Part shown: positions 1-12,367 of the stretch, in pieces
Position numbering within the stretch: position 1 is the first letter of the stretch
Layout: every line of letters begins with the position of its first letter
DNA from: Minutocellus sp. GHC0000111
Lineage: Eukaryota
DNA: 64,000 nucleotides
Reading direction: 5' to 3'
Assembly: GCA_977018835.1 (NCBI GenBank)
Contig: OZ361256.1
Span: 3,968,001-4,032,000 of the forward strand
The notes under the pieces: model-generated
Seen by the model: the letters and a program-made list of their open reading frames with translations, nothing else
Database searches by the model: none
What the model was told of the DNA's origin: nothing
Translations under genes and position numbers: made by a program

Positions 1-18
1 TCTGCCAGCGAAGACAAT

Positions 19-2955
19 TTGTTGCTATCTACACGTTCTAATTACGGCTTTCCACGAACTGGCTGCAGAATTCTCGATACGAACAGGATTTTCTATGACG
101 ATGTTGGCGAAGCTGCCATCGCCATGGAGATTCTGTTGAGCCAAGAGGTTTCAGTGTCCATTTCTTCGGATGATTTGCCGGGCAATAATACTGCATCGGC
201 GGTGGAACCTGGCCCTATATCGTATGATAGAGTGTATAAGCATGTATCTCGGGGCTTTAGTGGAGGTACCGGCGGCAGGAACAAGTTCAAAATGCTCCTG
301 ATGGCTGAGGATGAAGAGACTGGACTTACAATCCTGCCGTTTCTAGAGCTCGAGGATGTCATGTTGATCAAGAGGCTTAGTAATCCAATACCTCGCCCAA
401 CCCTTCCACCGTCGCGAGTTCCAACGAGATTGCCGGCCAATGCAATTGTAGAGACAAACCAGCCGTCTACTGTGGCACCAACCATGACACCAACGAAGAC
501 ACCATCTTCCTCTCCCACATCTCCCACTGTGCCGTCGAGAAGCCCTCAGCAGCAAACAAAACCGCCGGGTGATAGCATCCTAACAAATTCGCCAACGGGT
601 GGCTATGACCGGCCTCTCGCTCCAGGAAAGGGTGATATAAGTATCGATGAGTTCCCTTCGCCAGGCCCAGGTCCAGCCATTAATCGTGCTTCTTGACCAC
701 AGGGCTCCGAAACTCAAGATGATATCATACCCATAGCCGTGGTCGCCGCAGCAGCTGGCGCTGTTGCCGGCATATTTGTCGTGGCCTTATTGTCGTTGTA
801 CAGGTATCGGAAGGAATTACAGGAATATCAGAAGAGAGATCGAGATCGCACATGCAGCCAGTTCCCAGTTGCAACTGCTGTGCCGACCGAGATGAATAAA
901 GAAAGAGGAAAGAAAGGTTGGGGTTCCATCAACCGCGCTCATGTTATTCCCAATGGGCCTCGTGCTCGTGAAAGTACGGCGCCAAAACAGCATCATGTTG
1001 GTGCCCGACCCCCTCCGATTCCAACCGTTGTCGTCAATGACGAGGAGCGATCGCTTGCAGAGTCTACACGTGGAGATCGCACTGCCGGTAGGAGACTTTG
1101 GTCAGTACCCCCGCCGCCTGTGCAGTTCCTTCAGAGCTCTTGGATTCCGGGAGAAGGTCGACGCGGGCGCGTACCAGCAGGTCCTGTATCTGGAGGGAGC
1201 GTCGCCATCAGTCAGATTTCTTCTTTGGGTGGTGGCACTATTGGAGCAGGTGGTGGGGCCGCCACAATTGGGGAATTCAGTCTCGAGGCTGCCATCAAGG
1301 AGGATGACACTAGTCGCTGCAATGACGATGATGGTAGTGGTGATCAATCTACCATCAATCGAGGTGAAGATATTTCCGCAAGGTTGGACGAAAGCATCGC
1401 CGATGGTGGTAATGATCATGGGTTTAGTGGTGGAAGTGGTGACCAGCGGCGATTGCCTGTGCCAAGCGAGAACTCTTCGTCCAAGGCAACAGCTGATGTA
1501 GCTTTACCTCCAATTAGTGAGGCCGCGAGCGGTGCCACTGCTCCGAGTAGCACCCCAAGTAGTTTGGTTGGAACAGCCTCCCTCTTTGAAGCGTCGACGC
1601 TGAGCTTGAGCGATGAGGCGACGGGTACTTCAGAGAGTTTCGCCACCAACAATGTCTCGGCCAATGCTTCGAACGTCACGCCTGATCACTACAAAGGGCA
1701 CCCTGAGCCTCCTTTAGATCTCACGCCACGGATATCGGGAGGTGGAGGTGGACCTTTCAAGTCACCACCGAATATTCTTATTGGTCAAGATGAACACAAT
1801 AATACCGAGAACAATGAAGAAGTGAGCATTTCCGATGATTTGAGCTATACGCTTCCTCAGACAATAACTCCGGAGAGGAAAAGGTCGGTGGTGTCAGAAT
1901 CCTCCTCGAGACCCTGGTCGCGTGCTTTCGCTGAAGGCACTGCTGCAGTCCTGTCGGCGTCGTTTAGATGCGCAGAGAATCTTATTCTGCCATCATCAGC
2001 ACCACCCCAAGCATCAAGGTGTGGAACTCCTCGCCCTGATGAAAGTCTAGGTGACTTCCCAGAATTAGGACCATTGGCGGATCCTCCAGCATCGGATCAT
2101 ATGGCCTATGTTGATGACCTGGAAGTGATAAATGTAAGTGACAAGTCTCTATCGGAGATGGAGGAAGGCCGTCAGAGCAAGGCTACCGAGACGCCGAATA
2201 ATTATCCTCGACGCACAGTATCTACCTCGAAGGAAAATGCTGAGAGCAGCGCCGATGATCATCGCTGGTTGCTAAAGGCGGTCGCTGGGGCTCTAGGTCC
2301 GCCGGCCAAAGGGGCCGATTTGGAGAGTCTGTCCGGCCGGTCGAATCCGTCGCTGGTTTCTGCGCAGTCAGCTCCCGTTTGGCCATCGACTTCTGGACCC
2401 AGTAAAAGGAGAAAGTCTTCTAGAAGAAGCTCGACGAGGAGCGTTTGCAGTCGCAGTAGCAGACAATCCCAAAGGTCGCAGGGCTCGGAAGAGAGCACGA
2501 GTATCAAAATTGATTTGCAGCGGCTCGAGGTACAGTTGAAGTTGCTGAATGATCGGGAGAAGGGAGAATTGCCCACTGGTTTCGGTGTCTCTGGTGAGAT
2601 GAAACCTGCGCCGCCGCCACCACCGCCGCCAGCCAGTCCACAGTCCAGGCACAGTGCCACCTCATCCGTCAGACTTGATATTAGAGCGCCTCCAGGACGG
2701 CTCGGCGTGATCCTGGCAAACAGGTCCGATGACCAGCCTGGAACGGTCGTTTCGGCTCTGTGAACATCATCTGCCCTCGTTGGTAAGATACTTCCTGGAG
2801 ACGTCCTTGTGGCCATTGATGGACTAGACGTCAGTGAGATGCATGTATCGGAGGTGACTGCGATTATGAGCAACAAATCGCAGCAAGAAAAGATTCTGAC
2901 TGTCGTAACTCCACCCAAGTCAGAGGTAAATAACGACAATGAGGACGGCAACTAA
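19..2955 (+). pseudogene. Single-pass membrane protein with C-terminal PDZ domain, interrupted by two in-frame TGA codons (694-696, 2761-2763); 5' end probably lies before the window
   Basis: ORFs 19-696 and 739-2763 share a frame. There is a TM segment (IAVVAAAAGAVAGIFVVALLSLY-RYRK). Reading through TGA 2761 completes a PDZ fold: APPGRLGVIL...VVSAL*TSSALVGKILPGDVLVAIDGLDVSEMHVSEVTAIMSNKSQQEKILTV, ending at TAA 2953-2955. Confidence 0.75.
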
Positions 2956-3192
2956 TGAAGGCGAACGAAGCCGGCTCGCAGGCACAAGACTAGCTAGTAG
3001 AGGGGCTTGTATTAAATTGCTCCTTTTGTAAGCCATAATTCCAATTGACAACTAATAAGAAGAATGCATGGTACTGTACGGCATGGGTTAAGGCGTCTAG
3101 CTACGTAGTCTCACGAGGCTTGTGATGAGTTTGTCGAAAGTGAGCAGTCCGGAATCCGGAATCCGATTATCAATATTTATTTGTTCTCTCCA

Positions 3193-3866
3193 TTATGACA
3201 TGGTCATAAAGGCCTCCGCACAGTGGTCCGACAATGCCGTCAATCGCGCTCTCAGCAGTCCATGCTCCACATCGGCGTCAGCCATGGCCACGACGTAGCA
3301 GTCCGAAGCTCCCGCCGAGCTCACTCCGATTGTTCCACCGTCCATCTCGACGATCATGCATCGAAGCGTGTTGCCCGTCGGAGCCTTGGCCTTGCTGGCC
3401 GCCGAGGGGTTACCACCGGTGCCGGTACCCGTCGCTGAGGAACCTCCGGCGGTACTGGAGGGGCTGGTTACTTCGACCGATGCCGGGTTAGACTTGCCGC
3501 GCCGGCGGCTGCCCCCGATAGTTGGGCCTGGGCCTGTTGCTGGGCGAGCTGCTGGGCCGCCCGTGGGTCTAGGTGGTTCAGTTCGATACCGAGCCGTTGA
3601 TAATCAGCCGCCACCTCGGCCACGAGCGCACCGATGGCGGCATAGTCGAGACTATGCTGCTGTTCGGCCGGTGCGTTGGGGTTCGCCCCGGCCCCCTCGT
3701 CGGGAGGGGAGGCAGCAGCGGCGGCGGCACTTGCTGTCGCCGGTAGTTGATCAGCGTCGCTGCTGGAGCCCAGGAGCGCACCGTCGGCCGTCACCAGCAA
3801 CGCGGCGTTGATGCCGTCGCCGGTGATGCGGGAAAGAAGAGGTTGGATGTTGCGGGAGCGTATCAT
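3193..3866 (-). CDS. LAMTOR2: Ragulator subunit LAMTOR2-like roadblock/LC7 protein; one frameshift near 3500-3516 (G run)
   Basis: N-part reads MIRSRNIQPLLSRITGDGINAALLVTADGALLG...IGALVAEVAADY. The shifted frame gives LRCMIVEMDGGTIGVS...YVVAMADADVEHGLLRARLTALSDHCAEAF*, resembling the LAMTOR2 C-terminus. Confidence 0.7.
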
Positions 3867-4215
3867 GGCGAACAAAATTGAGCACATCTTATGCCAAATT
3901 GAAGGGAAACCCGGAGGAAGTCCTGCCTCCAAAACGCAAATTGAAAAATTGCAAAATCGCGCAGCGCACAGCACCATCTGCCAGCCGGATGACTCGCATA
4001 CTTTTGGTCGCACTTTCGGTGGCCGGCCGGCGCGCGAAGCAACCGACCGGCGCGCCCAACGCGAGCCACCATGGCGGCAAAAATTCAAATTGCCGCCGCT
4101 ACGTGCAGAACGAAGGCGATATCTCGCGCTGGTGTGGGAGAATTACGGCACGAGACCAACCAGGTGCTCCCGACATCCTGGTGATATTCCCGTTGGTCTC
4201 GATCCATAATTCTCC

Positions 4216-5795
4216 ATGAGCAAAAAAAATAACGGCCGCAATCCCGCGGTCAACACCGCAGACACAGTTGCGGTGCAGGACGCCCTGGCTGAGCTGCTCG
4301 TCCGTCTTCGCAGAAAGGAACTTCATTACTACAATTTCATCGGCAACAACAACGACTCCTTGATGAATGTGTTGGGATGCAGTCCCATCATGTACGGCGC
4401 CATCATGTGCACTGCGGGCATCTTGGGTTTGAAGAAGAAAAGAAACACGAAGAAGACTGCGATGTGTTTTTTGTGAGGACAGACAACCAGAATGGATGGG
4501 ATGAAATGGCATCAAGACACTGCCTTGCCGACGACGTTCAGCGAACCCCATACAAAAAGAGCATATTTGTTCGCCTCGGTTCTATCAATCCTCGTGCAGC
4601 CGACGCTCTCCATGATGATGGATGGATGGCTTTCGACATGGTCACGGTCGAGCAACAATTTCGCCTCGAAACACCGCCGCCGCGGCTCAATTTGACGAAG
4701 GCATGTAATGCATTCCTCAAGTCGGTCGCACCACATACATCGGTGGGACATGCGGCGATGGACTACGAAATCAACAGGCAGATGTTGCTCGAGGCCCAGA
4801 AGTTCCCTGGTGGGTGCAGTGGCCAGGACGATGGGTGGGACAATGACGACGATGTTGGGACGGTGGGCACCCTGACCACGACGGAGGCCGGCGAGATCAG
4901 TGAGGACGATGACGACGAAGACGAGGACTATGTGCCCTGTCATGAGGACGAAGCTGATATTGCAAGAGAGGACGCTACACATGAAGCACACATGCAGCAG
5001 TGCTTTGAGAAGAATCGTCAGAAGCACGGTGATGGCGAGCCAGAGATGGGAGCTGTCGATGATGCCGAGGATGACGATGCCCCTCACTTCCATTTCCTGA
5101 AAAAGGCCGGCATTGAGGCGGCCGACTCAGGTAAAATAAGGGCAGTGCTGGCAGAATGCTGGAGAGCTTTATCTATTAATGTTTCTGATGGCAACAACAA
5201 GAAGAAACCAAGGACAACAGAGTTCATCCACCATAACACCTCCACCAAAGGAACTCTCCTAGACCACAATCGCGAGGAAGATGGCATGACGGATGACGAC
5301 ATCAAAGAGCTCTGCAAAGCTTGCTCTAATTTGCTCCACACTCTTGACGCAACATATTCCAGGTTTCTGAAATGGCACATGAAATGGGATGATGAGGCAA
5401 AGAAGGCTGTGAGAGAGCTTGAAGCATTGATTGCAAGTGCCCTCAAGCAAGCACGGGCAATCGGCATTAGCATAACGCCCAAGTGGCACTTACTCGAAGA
5501 TCACATCTTGGACCAACACATTTGGCTAGTGAAGAATGGATGGGGCGGCATCTGTTGGCTCGACGAATCGTTTGTAGAGCGAGCCCACCAAGAGGGCGTT
5601 AAGGAAGATCGTCGGACTCAGGGCGTCAAGGGACATGAGGCCCAACAGACGGCGCAGTTCAAGGCTGAGGAGAGGGCATCCAATCCAAAGGTCGAGGAGA
5701 GGCGGGAGCGAAAAACTCTCGGCTGGCAAGAGCAAGGAAAAGGACAAGGACCGAAGCTGTTAAAGCAGAAACTGATGACAAGCGCCAACAAATGA
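4216..5795 (+). mobile_element. Degenerate, probably internally deleted DNA transposase of RAG1/Transib/Chapaev type
   Basis: C-terminal ITPKWHLLEDH...GGICWLDESFVERAHQ has an HxxxxH pair followed by a candidate catalytic Glu. ORF 4216-4476 joins ORF 4377-5795 by a frameshift in the T run at about 4466-4472. No upstream catalytic Asp region is recognisable, and element ends are not defined. Confidence 0.6.
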
Positions 5796-6603
5796 TCATG
5801 ATGGCCACCGATGGAGATGAGGATGTAGAGATGGGAGCAGGGCATGTATAAAATTAGAAAATGAAATTACACCACTGCTACACAACAACAAATGAATTGC
5901 ACAGTCCAACTTTTACAAACAGTGTCGCGATTGTGCAAAAAAGTAAATAGTACACCCAAACAAACACATCACGTCCTTCTTAACTCACCCATTTATCTCC
6001 CAGACCAAAAAGTCCCTTTGTCGGGTTGATTGTTGCATAAACTTATCCCAATGCTATCTGTCTCTCCTCGGGCGCAAAATTATTGTCGGAATTCCGGGAG
6101 GTCGAGTGGGGATGCGATCGGTCGGGATCAGCGAGAGTCGGTCATGCGGGGGGTGCGGCGCAATCCCGGCAGTTTATCATCAACAACAACGTGGGAAAGT
6201 ACCAGAGGGTCTGGGGCATCACAACGGGAGCACGACGAGCACAAAGACGGAGCAATGGCACCACCCCAGAGAAACGAACGGCCGACAGATGGAGGAAAAG
6301 TAGGCCGATGGTTCGTGGCGTTGATACGCAGCGGAGGCCAATCTGAGGATACAGTAAGCTTCAACTATATCCAAACATGATAATGAATGCGTATTTGGTA
6401 CGAAAATATAGTTATGCGCCGGCGCAACGCCGACGGACCACCATGGTGTTGGACGGTCAAAGAGTGGGTGACGAACGAGATTGGGTTTTGGTGGGTTTCT
6501 TCGTGACGTGTTCGTCTTCTGCCGAAAAACGCTTCATCCGACCGGCGAAACAAGACGAGATGGGGCTGTGAGCGGTGACGACCGAAAAGCAGATACGCCC
6601 ACC

Positions 6604-7256
6604 ATGACCACCTACACGTACCGCCCCCTTCACTTTGTCCTGCTGGGCCTGCTCCTCTTGCTTGGCGATTCATCCGCCTTCTCTCGGAGCGGCGGCACTG
6701 TGTTCTCCCGCTCGGCAAGAATGCAGGCAGCCAACAAGACGGCCCTCTCGGCATCTGCTGTGGAAATCATCGACCCGAGCTACAATCTGGCACTCGGATC
6801 TTTGGCCCTTGGAGCAGCCTTTGGGGTGCCAGGATCTCCCCTCAAATCCAAACTCTCGGCAATCTTGGGCGGTATCCCACTGTTGCTCTTTGGTATGTTC
6901 CTGGCATTCCAGACCACAGCTCTGCGATTCTCGTTCGATGATGATGCCTTCTCACTTGTCAAGAGCAACGGTTCGTCGACGGGGGAGAATGTGGTTGTGG
7001 GAGGAGAAAACTCGTGGAAGTACACGAGCTTTGTGAATCGCGATTACTTCCCATCCCAGTCCTTTCCCATATTGGTCTATTTCAAGGAAACTCAGACACC
7101 GAAGGAGAACTGGATGAAAAGGCGAATAGTCCTGAAGCTATTGCTAAGTGTGCTGTACCTGGTCAGGTGCACTTCTTCCCGGCCATTGGAAATGTTGAGG
7201 CCATGGAAAAGGCCTTTGAATCGCATGGATGTGCCAAGCTGGATCTCAAGAAGTAG
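6604..7256 (+). pseudogene. Plastid-targeted DUF3119 family membrane protein, frameshifted at about 7113
   Basis: Signal peptide + SSAF (MTTYTYRPLHFVLLGLLLLLGDSSAF). Motifs GENVVVGGENSWKY and PILVYFKETQTP are present. The C-terminal GQVHFFPA block lies in another frame (ORF 7014-7256). Confidence 0.7.
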
Positions 7257-7388
7257 GAGCACTCACAGACATATCTTAATGCCAAATATATTGTGTAATA
7301 ATTGATGAGTTATGGTTATGTATCATTTTGGTCATCACCTTTTCTTTTGCTTTTGTCAACACAATCCAAACCAACATCATTTCCTCTT

Positions 7389-8416
7389 TTAACGATTGGC
7401 CTCAAACTCCAAAAGACGTGCCGTCAATGCCTTGGCATTGCCCTGGATGTCCTGCCCATGCTCCTTCAGTGCTTCCTTAAGCTGCGCTGGTTTCATCTTC
7501 TTGATGGTGATCTTGTCCAACTTGGGTCCGTCGTATTCGCCTCCCTTGGACTTGGATTTCTTGGAGTCCTTCTTCTTCTTTTTCTTCTTCTTGTCGTCGT
7601 CGTCGGAATCGGATCCACTGTCCCAAACCCCAGCCTGCTCGGCCTTCTGCTTGCGCTCCTCCTCGGCCAGCTTGGTGGCCTCTTCCTCGGCGGCCTTCTT
7701 GGCGGCGGCAGCCTCCCGACGGGCCTTGACCTCGGCCAGCTTGGCCATGTCGCGCTTGTACTCCTCGGTAAGGCCCGCCTCGTGGCGCTTGCGATACGCC
7801 GCGGCCTTCTCCTTCTCCTCTCGCTCCTTGCGCGTCATGGGCTGCTGCTCGGCGCTGCCGAGGTCGCCGATCTTCATGGCGCGCTGGGGGGCGCGGTTGG
7901 CGTTCTCGGTCTCGATGATGCCCTCGAGGCCCTTGGACTTGCGCTCCTTCTTGGCGTTTCCGGCGTCGTCTCCGGAATCGTCGCCGTCGTTGAGGGACAT
8001 GCCGGCGATCATGGCGGCGCGCTCGGCGTCGGCGTCACCGCCCTCGCCGTCGGAATCATCGTCGGCCGCCTCGGCACGGCGCTGGGCGCGCTGGGCATCG
8101 AACTCGGCAAGGCGCTGGTTGCGTCTGATGTTGTTGTTGTTGTTGGAAATGAGGCAAAAGGTAGATGCAGAGAGATGTGAGCGAGTTGAGTATCTCACCA
8201 TGGAGCAAGACAGGTATATTACAGTCATGCGTAGCATAGCATGTGACTGCTCATCCATCTCATCTCTCGACTCCAACATAACTCAACTCAACTCAACTCA
8301 AAATATCACACCACTAGCTAGCATACTCACTGCTCAATCTCTTCGGCACTTTGCGCAGCAAAGCCTCTACCTCCGCGGTGGCCGCCCCTCTTTCCCTTTC
8401 CTCTGTCGCGTCCCAT
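7389..8416 (-). CDS. PDAP1: PDAP1/HASPP28 (PP28 domain) protein with C-terminal SAP-like motif; intron 8125-8330
   Basis: Exon 1 MGRDRGKGKRGGHRGGRGFAAQSAEEIEQ splices (gtgagt...cag) in frame to RNQRLAEF. Motifs KGLEGIIETENANR, MTRKEREE and AGLTEEYKRDMAKLAEVKARRE are present, followed by SAP-like MKPAQLKEALKEHGQDIQGNAKALTARL. Confidence 0.8.
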
Positions 8417-8590
8417 GTTGGTTTTGCGTTAGGCTGGTTGCTGGGCACTACCGGTACGTGCGTGTTATGGCGCCGCCCCGAACGAACATGGTGCCCAGCC
8501 GATCGACCATCCTTCTTGACGGGCGACGGAAAGAGCACATCTCTCCTGCCATTTTGGCACAACGGCACAACCCAAGGGCGCATAGCAACC

Positions 8591-11500
8591 ATGGAGCAGC
8601 AAGGAGACGACGGCGGCGGCGGCCCCTCCTCCCCCATCCTGGGCGGGAGGGACGCCTACGCCGCGTCGTACGAGGCCATCTCCGCCAGCATGGCGTCTTG
8701 GACCGAGGGCGGCGCCGGTTCCGCGACGACGGCACGGGCCTCCCTCGGCGGCCTCGGTGGTGGAGGTCGGTACAGCGTCGGGACCGTCGGCACCGCCGGC
8801 CGGCCCTCGTTCGCCACGGCCCACACCAGCCAGACCGACGAGGAGGACGACGACGACGATATGGACTTTAACGTGTTTGACGAGGAGGAAGAGGAGGATG
8901 AGGGGGGGGAGGATTACGAAGATGACGAGGCAGGAATGGACGCCGACGTTGATGATGAGGATATGCTGGATGATGACGATGAAGATGACGAGCCGGAGGA
9001 CGTGGACCTGCATACCGGTGAGCAAGATCGGCAGGCGGACGAATCCTTCCGTTCGCCCCTCAATGTCCCGTTCCGTACGCCGTTGAGTGCCAGAGGATCG
9101 GCGGCCGGCAGCAGCAGTGGGCAGAGAGAGCCGGTGCAAACTCCTGGCACGGCCTTTCGTGCGGGGGCGGGGGCTCCCGTTGACACGCCGGCCGCCGCTG
9201 GCGCCGGCACTGGCACTGATACTCGTGGCTTGGCCGCAGCAGACGCTGATGCAGAGGCAGAGGCGGGTAGCCTCAACGACGACGATATTGAGGAGGGCAG
9301 CTCCGTCCACGCCGCCGATTACTACGGCTACGGTGCCGATGGTCCGTATCGACCCTACCACGACGCCCTCCTCCGCTACCTCAAGGCACGGACCACCCAG
9401 AACGCTCGGTCGGACCTGCTGGATAAGGAGGCCGAGCTGGACCGCGAGGAGGCCGGCGACAGTGGCGGTGCCATTGTGACCATGGAGGAGAGCGAGTCCA
9501 TCGCCCAGCAACGAGAGCAGCTGTCGGAGGACATGCTCAAGACGGAGCTCGATCTGCTCCTGGCCCTGAGCGGGGCGGCGTCCAGCCGTCGGTCCATGCC
9601 GCCGTCGTCGTTCGATGATGGGTCGGCTTCGGTGTCGTCGGTGGCCACCGGTTCCACCGATGTTGCTGGCAATAACAATGCTGCCAGGGACAAGAATACC
9701 ACCGAGAACGTTCAAGAGGAGGCACGGAACGAATCCAACGTCTGGCTTCTCCTCCAATCGCTCCGCACCCTCGGCCTGGAGGGGTTGCTGTACGATTCGT
9801 CACCGGCGGCCACTGCCGACCAAAGGGCGGCGGCCTCCCAGCGCATCTACGACGTGGCGAGGGGCGGGGTCGATGCCACTCCCGCCGAAGTTTTGGACAA
9901 GTACCTGACTGGTACGACCGGCAGTGCGGACAAGGAGGGGGAAGAGGAGGACGCTGTCCCCATGATCGTCGCGCGCAGGGCCGAGCTCCTCCGATGGGCC
10001 AAGAAGTGCCAGAGTCAGCGCATTGGCTCGGTCCCCACCGCCAGGATCGGTGGCAGCGGAGCCCAGGCGGCCGTGGGCTACCTTGCCAAGCCGCTGGGGG
10101 GGTCGGCGTCGGCATCGGCTGCCACATTTGGTGCGCCGATGGCCTTTGGGACGTCGCCCACGTCCGTCATGGCCGATGATCCCGCCGACCTTGCCCTCCT
10201 CCAGGCCTGCCTGGTCCGACTCAAGTCTGGTCCGATCCAATGGGCTACCGCGCTCGATCTGTGTCGTTCCTCGGGTCAGCCCTGGAAGGCGGCCAGTATG
10301 TCCGGCGGTAACCCCTACGGTAGAGAAACCTTTGAGGAGGAAGAGGCCATGATGTCAGAAGATACCGGTGAGGAAAAGAAGGAGGACGGCGGAAACACTC
10401 GTGAATTTGGCAATCCCGACCGTGCCCTCTGGAAGCGAATGGTGTGGATGATGTCGCGTGCTCTTGCATCGTCCTCGTCCGCCACTACCTCCAAGTGCAC
10501 CGAGCTCGAGAGTGCCATCTACGCCCTTCTCGCGGACGATGTCGAAACGGCCCTGGCCAGCCCATCACTCCGAAGTTGGGAGGATGGTTTGCTCATTTAT
10601 CTTCGATCCAAAGTGAGCCGATACGCTGAAGAGGTTCTTGCCGCTCACAACGATGCCCGTCGCGCCGTCGGTATTCGCTATCCCTACCGCGGTACTGACC
10701 ATGGCCCTTCGGAGCGAGAGCAACTTACTGCCACCGCGGCAGCTTCCAACCTTAGCGAGTCCGATATCTTCCGGGCTCTTGCATCGAGTCCATACGCCAA
10801 TATCAGAGAGGAAGCCACCGATCCGCTTCGAGCCGCTGTCGCTGCCATTGTCACTGGTTCGGGTGAAACTGCTTCGTTCATAACCAGCGCCGCCGACGAT
10901 GCATCGGCTTCTGATCATTCGATGCTCCGTTTCATTGCGCACCTTGCTCTGTACTTGGACTTTGCAGCACCGGAGTTCCTTCCATCATTAGGTGACATGG
11001 TAGTGGATGACGAGACAGCTCTGCCAGTCCGTGAGTACTACTTGCTCCGCTATGTCGACCGCCTCACATCCGAGAAGGGTCTTTGGCATCTTGCCGCACT
11101 TTACGCGTCGCTTCTTCCAGAGCCTATGCTCATTGAATTTTTCAGCGACTTCCTCACCAACGTCCACGAGGATGGGTTCCGACGAAAGGTTCTTCGGCAG
11201 ATGCGCGAATACTTCACCGATGGACTCGATTTGGTCGTTCTTCGCCGGACGGTCCGGATGATTATTTTTGACCAAGCAGGCGAGGACCGATTCGGGTATG
11301 CCTTCCTTCGTCTCCTCGGGGGAGGAGGTAGACAAAAGAGGTCTGGAAGTAGAGCCGCCAAGCTTGATGAAATGCTTACTTCGGTAGATGTTTGCAAGAT
11401 GCACTCCGTGCGGTGGCTCTGCTACGTCCCCGAGCATGCACCCGATGCTCTCATCTGTGCCAACTCTCTCCTTCGCCAGCTCTTCCTCAACATTATGGTT

Positions 11501-12367
11501 GACAATGTGACTGATGGCGAAGAAGACGACCCCGCTCTCCACTGCGCCAGAGTTTTCTTGACTCGATTCCTGCCCAAGGATACCGCAAAGACTGCGCTTC
11601 GACACGCACTCGAAGCCGGAGAATCCAATGAGGCGTCTTCCAGCACTGTCAGTCCCGAAGAGGTTGAAGATGCAAGTGCTGAATTCGGCGCACTGGAGGC
11701 GTACGTTGATGCTAGAATTGCCGTCGATCGTTGGCAGAGCGAAATTACTTCCACTTCGGCAGAATATTCTGTTCGTGGTATTATTTCATCTGGGGGTGAC
11801 TCTGTCGAGGGCACTGTTGCCAACAAGATGGAACGTCGCAACTTCCTGCACAAGAAGAAGAATGCCGGTCTTCAGGTCATCAATGCGGCCAACGACGCCA
11901 AGGAGAAGCTAATGGCAGTCCTTACCTACGAAGGGGGATGGCTTGTCACTTCGAATACGACATTGTCTGATTCTGTTATTGACGAAAACGAACAGGCAAA
12001 TCGAATCAACGAAATGGCTAGCCTCCGGGCAAGCTGTCTTCCACATGCTGTCTTCTTGCTCCATGCCGTGCTTGATGGCACCGCAGAGTGGATGGAAATA
12101 TTCCTCGCTGATGCTGAACGCGCATATGGAGATGAGGGAGAGGCCATGCTAATCGATTTGATTGGTAACAACAGTGACGATGCCCAGAAGTGTCCATTCC
12201 TCCCGGGTTATTGGTACAGATCATGCCTTGATATTGCCGTCACTGTTGCTAGGGATGAATACAACTTACAAGACGCTTTCCAGAAAGAGGGTATGGAGCA
12301 ATTCGTTGGTCTCATGGCCGAATGCAACGTGAATTGGCTTCGCACTACACAAAAGGCTTCTGCATAG
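8591..12367 (+). CDS. NUP107: Nucleoporin Nup107/Nup84 family
   Basis: ALDLCRSSGQPWKAASMSGG, GNPDRALWKRM, ELESAIYALL, SWEDGLL, MLRFIAHLALYL, LAALYASLLP; acidic disordered N-terminus. ATG 8591 taken as start. Confidence 0.8.
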   Translation: MEQQGDDGGGGPSSPILGGRDAYAASYEAISASMASWTEGGAGSATTARASLGGLGGGGRYSVGTVGTAGRPSFATAHTSQTDEEDDDDDMDFNVFDEEEEEDEGGEDYEDDEAGMDADVDDEDMLDDDDEDDEPEDVDLHTGEQDRQADESFRSPLNVPFRTPLSARGSAAGSSSGQREPVQTPGTAFRAGAGAPVDTPAAAGAGTGTDTRGLAAADADAEAEAGSLNDDDIEEGSSVHAADYYGYGADGPYRPYHDALLRYLKARTTQNARSDLLDKEAELDREEAGDSGGAIVTMEESESIAQQREQLSEDMLKTELDLLLALSGAASSRRSMPPSSFDDGSASVSSVATGSTDVAGNNNAARDKNTTENVQEEARNESNVWLLLQSLRTLGLEGLLYDSSPAATADQRAAASQRIYDVARGGVDATPAEVLDKYLTGTTGSADKEGEEEDAVPMIVARRAELLRWAKKCQSQRIGSVPTARIGGSGAQAAVGYLAKPLGGSASASAATFGAPMAFGTSPTSVMADDPADLALLQACLVRLKSGPIQWATALDLCRSSGQPWKAASMSGGNPYGRETFEEEEAMMSEDTGEEKKEDGGNTREFGNPDRALWKRMVWMMSRALASSSSATTSKCTELESAIYALLADDVETALASPSLRSWEDGLLIYLRSKVSRYAEEVLAAHNDARRAVGIRYPYRGTDHGPSEREQLTATAAASNLSESDIFRALASSPYANIREEATDPLRAAVAAIVTGSGETASFITSAADDASASDHSMLRFIAHLALYLDFAAPEFLPSLGDMVVDDETALPVREYYLLRYVDRLTSEKGLWHLAALYASLLPEPMLIEFFSDFLTNVHEDGFRRKVLRQMREYFTDGLDLVVLRRTVRMIIFDQAGEDRFGYAFLRLLGGGGRQKRSGSRAAKLDEMLTSVDVCKMHSVRWLCYVPEHAPDALICANSLLRQLFLNIMVDNVTDGEEDDPALHCARVFLTRFLPKDTAKTALRHALEAGESNEASSSTVSPEEVEDASAEFGALEAYVDARIAVDRWQSEITSTSAEYSVRGIISSGGDSVEGTVANKMERRNFLHKKKNAGLQVINAANDAKEKLMAVLTYEGGWLVTSNTTLSDSVIDENEQANRINEMASLRASCLPHAVFLLHAVLDGTAEWMEIFLADAERAYGDEGEAMLIDLIGNNSDDAQKCPFLPGYWYRSCLDIAVTVARDEYNLQDAFQKEGMEQFVGLMAECNVNWLRTTQKASA

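Noticed and set aside
671..702. Short GT...AG intron removing the TGA at 694
   Set aside because: At 32 bp it is very short and not a multiple of 3; the other nearby donors I checked also shift the frame.
694..2763. Selenocysteine or alternative genetic code
   Set aside because: No redox or Cys context, no SECIS recognised, and TGA terminates other genes in the window.
3219..3226. CACAGTGG (RSS heptamer/Transib TIR-like) upstream of the RAG1-like ORF
   Set aside because: It lies inside the LAMTOR2 coding frame (DHCA), and no matching inverted end was found downstream.
3960..6040. Possible TIRs of the transposase remnant (acttttggtc at about 4000 versus gaccaaaaagt at about 6003)
   Set aside because: Only a short imperfect match, with no TSD identified.
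7302..9757. Long antisense or overlapping ORFs (also at 42157-43275, 51574-53863, 57370-58491)
   Set aside because: Shadow ORFs of GC3-rich genes with no recognisable domains.
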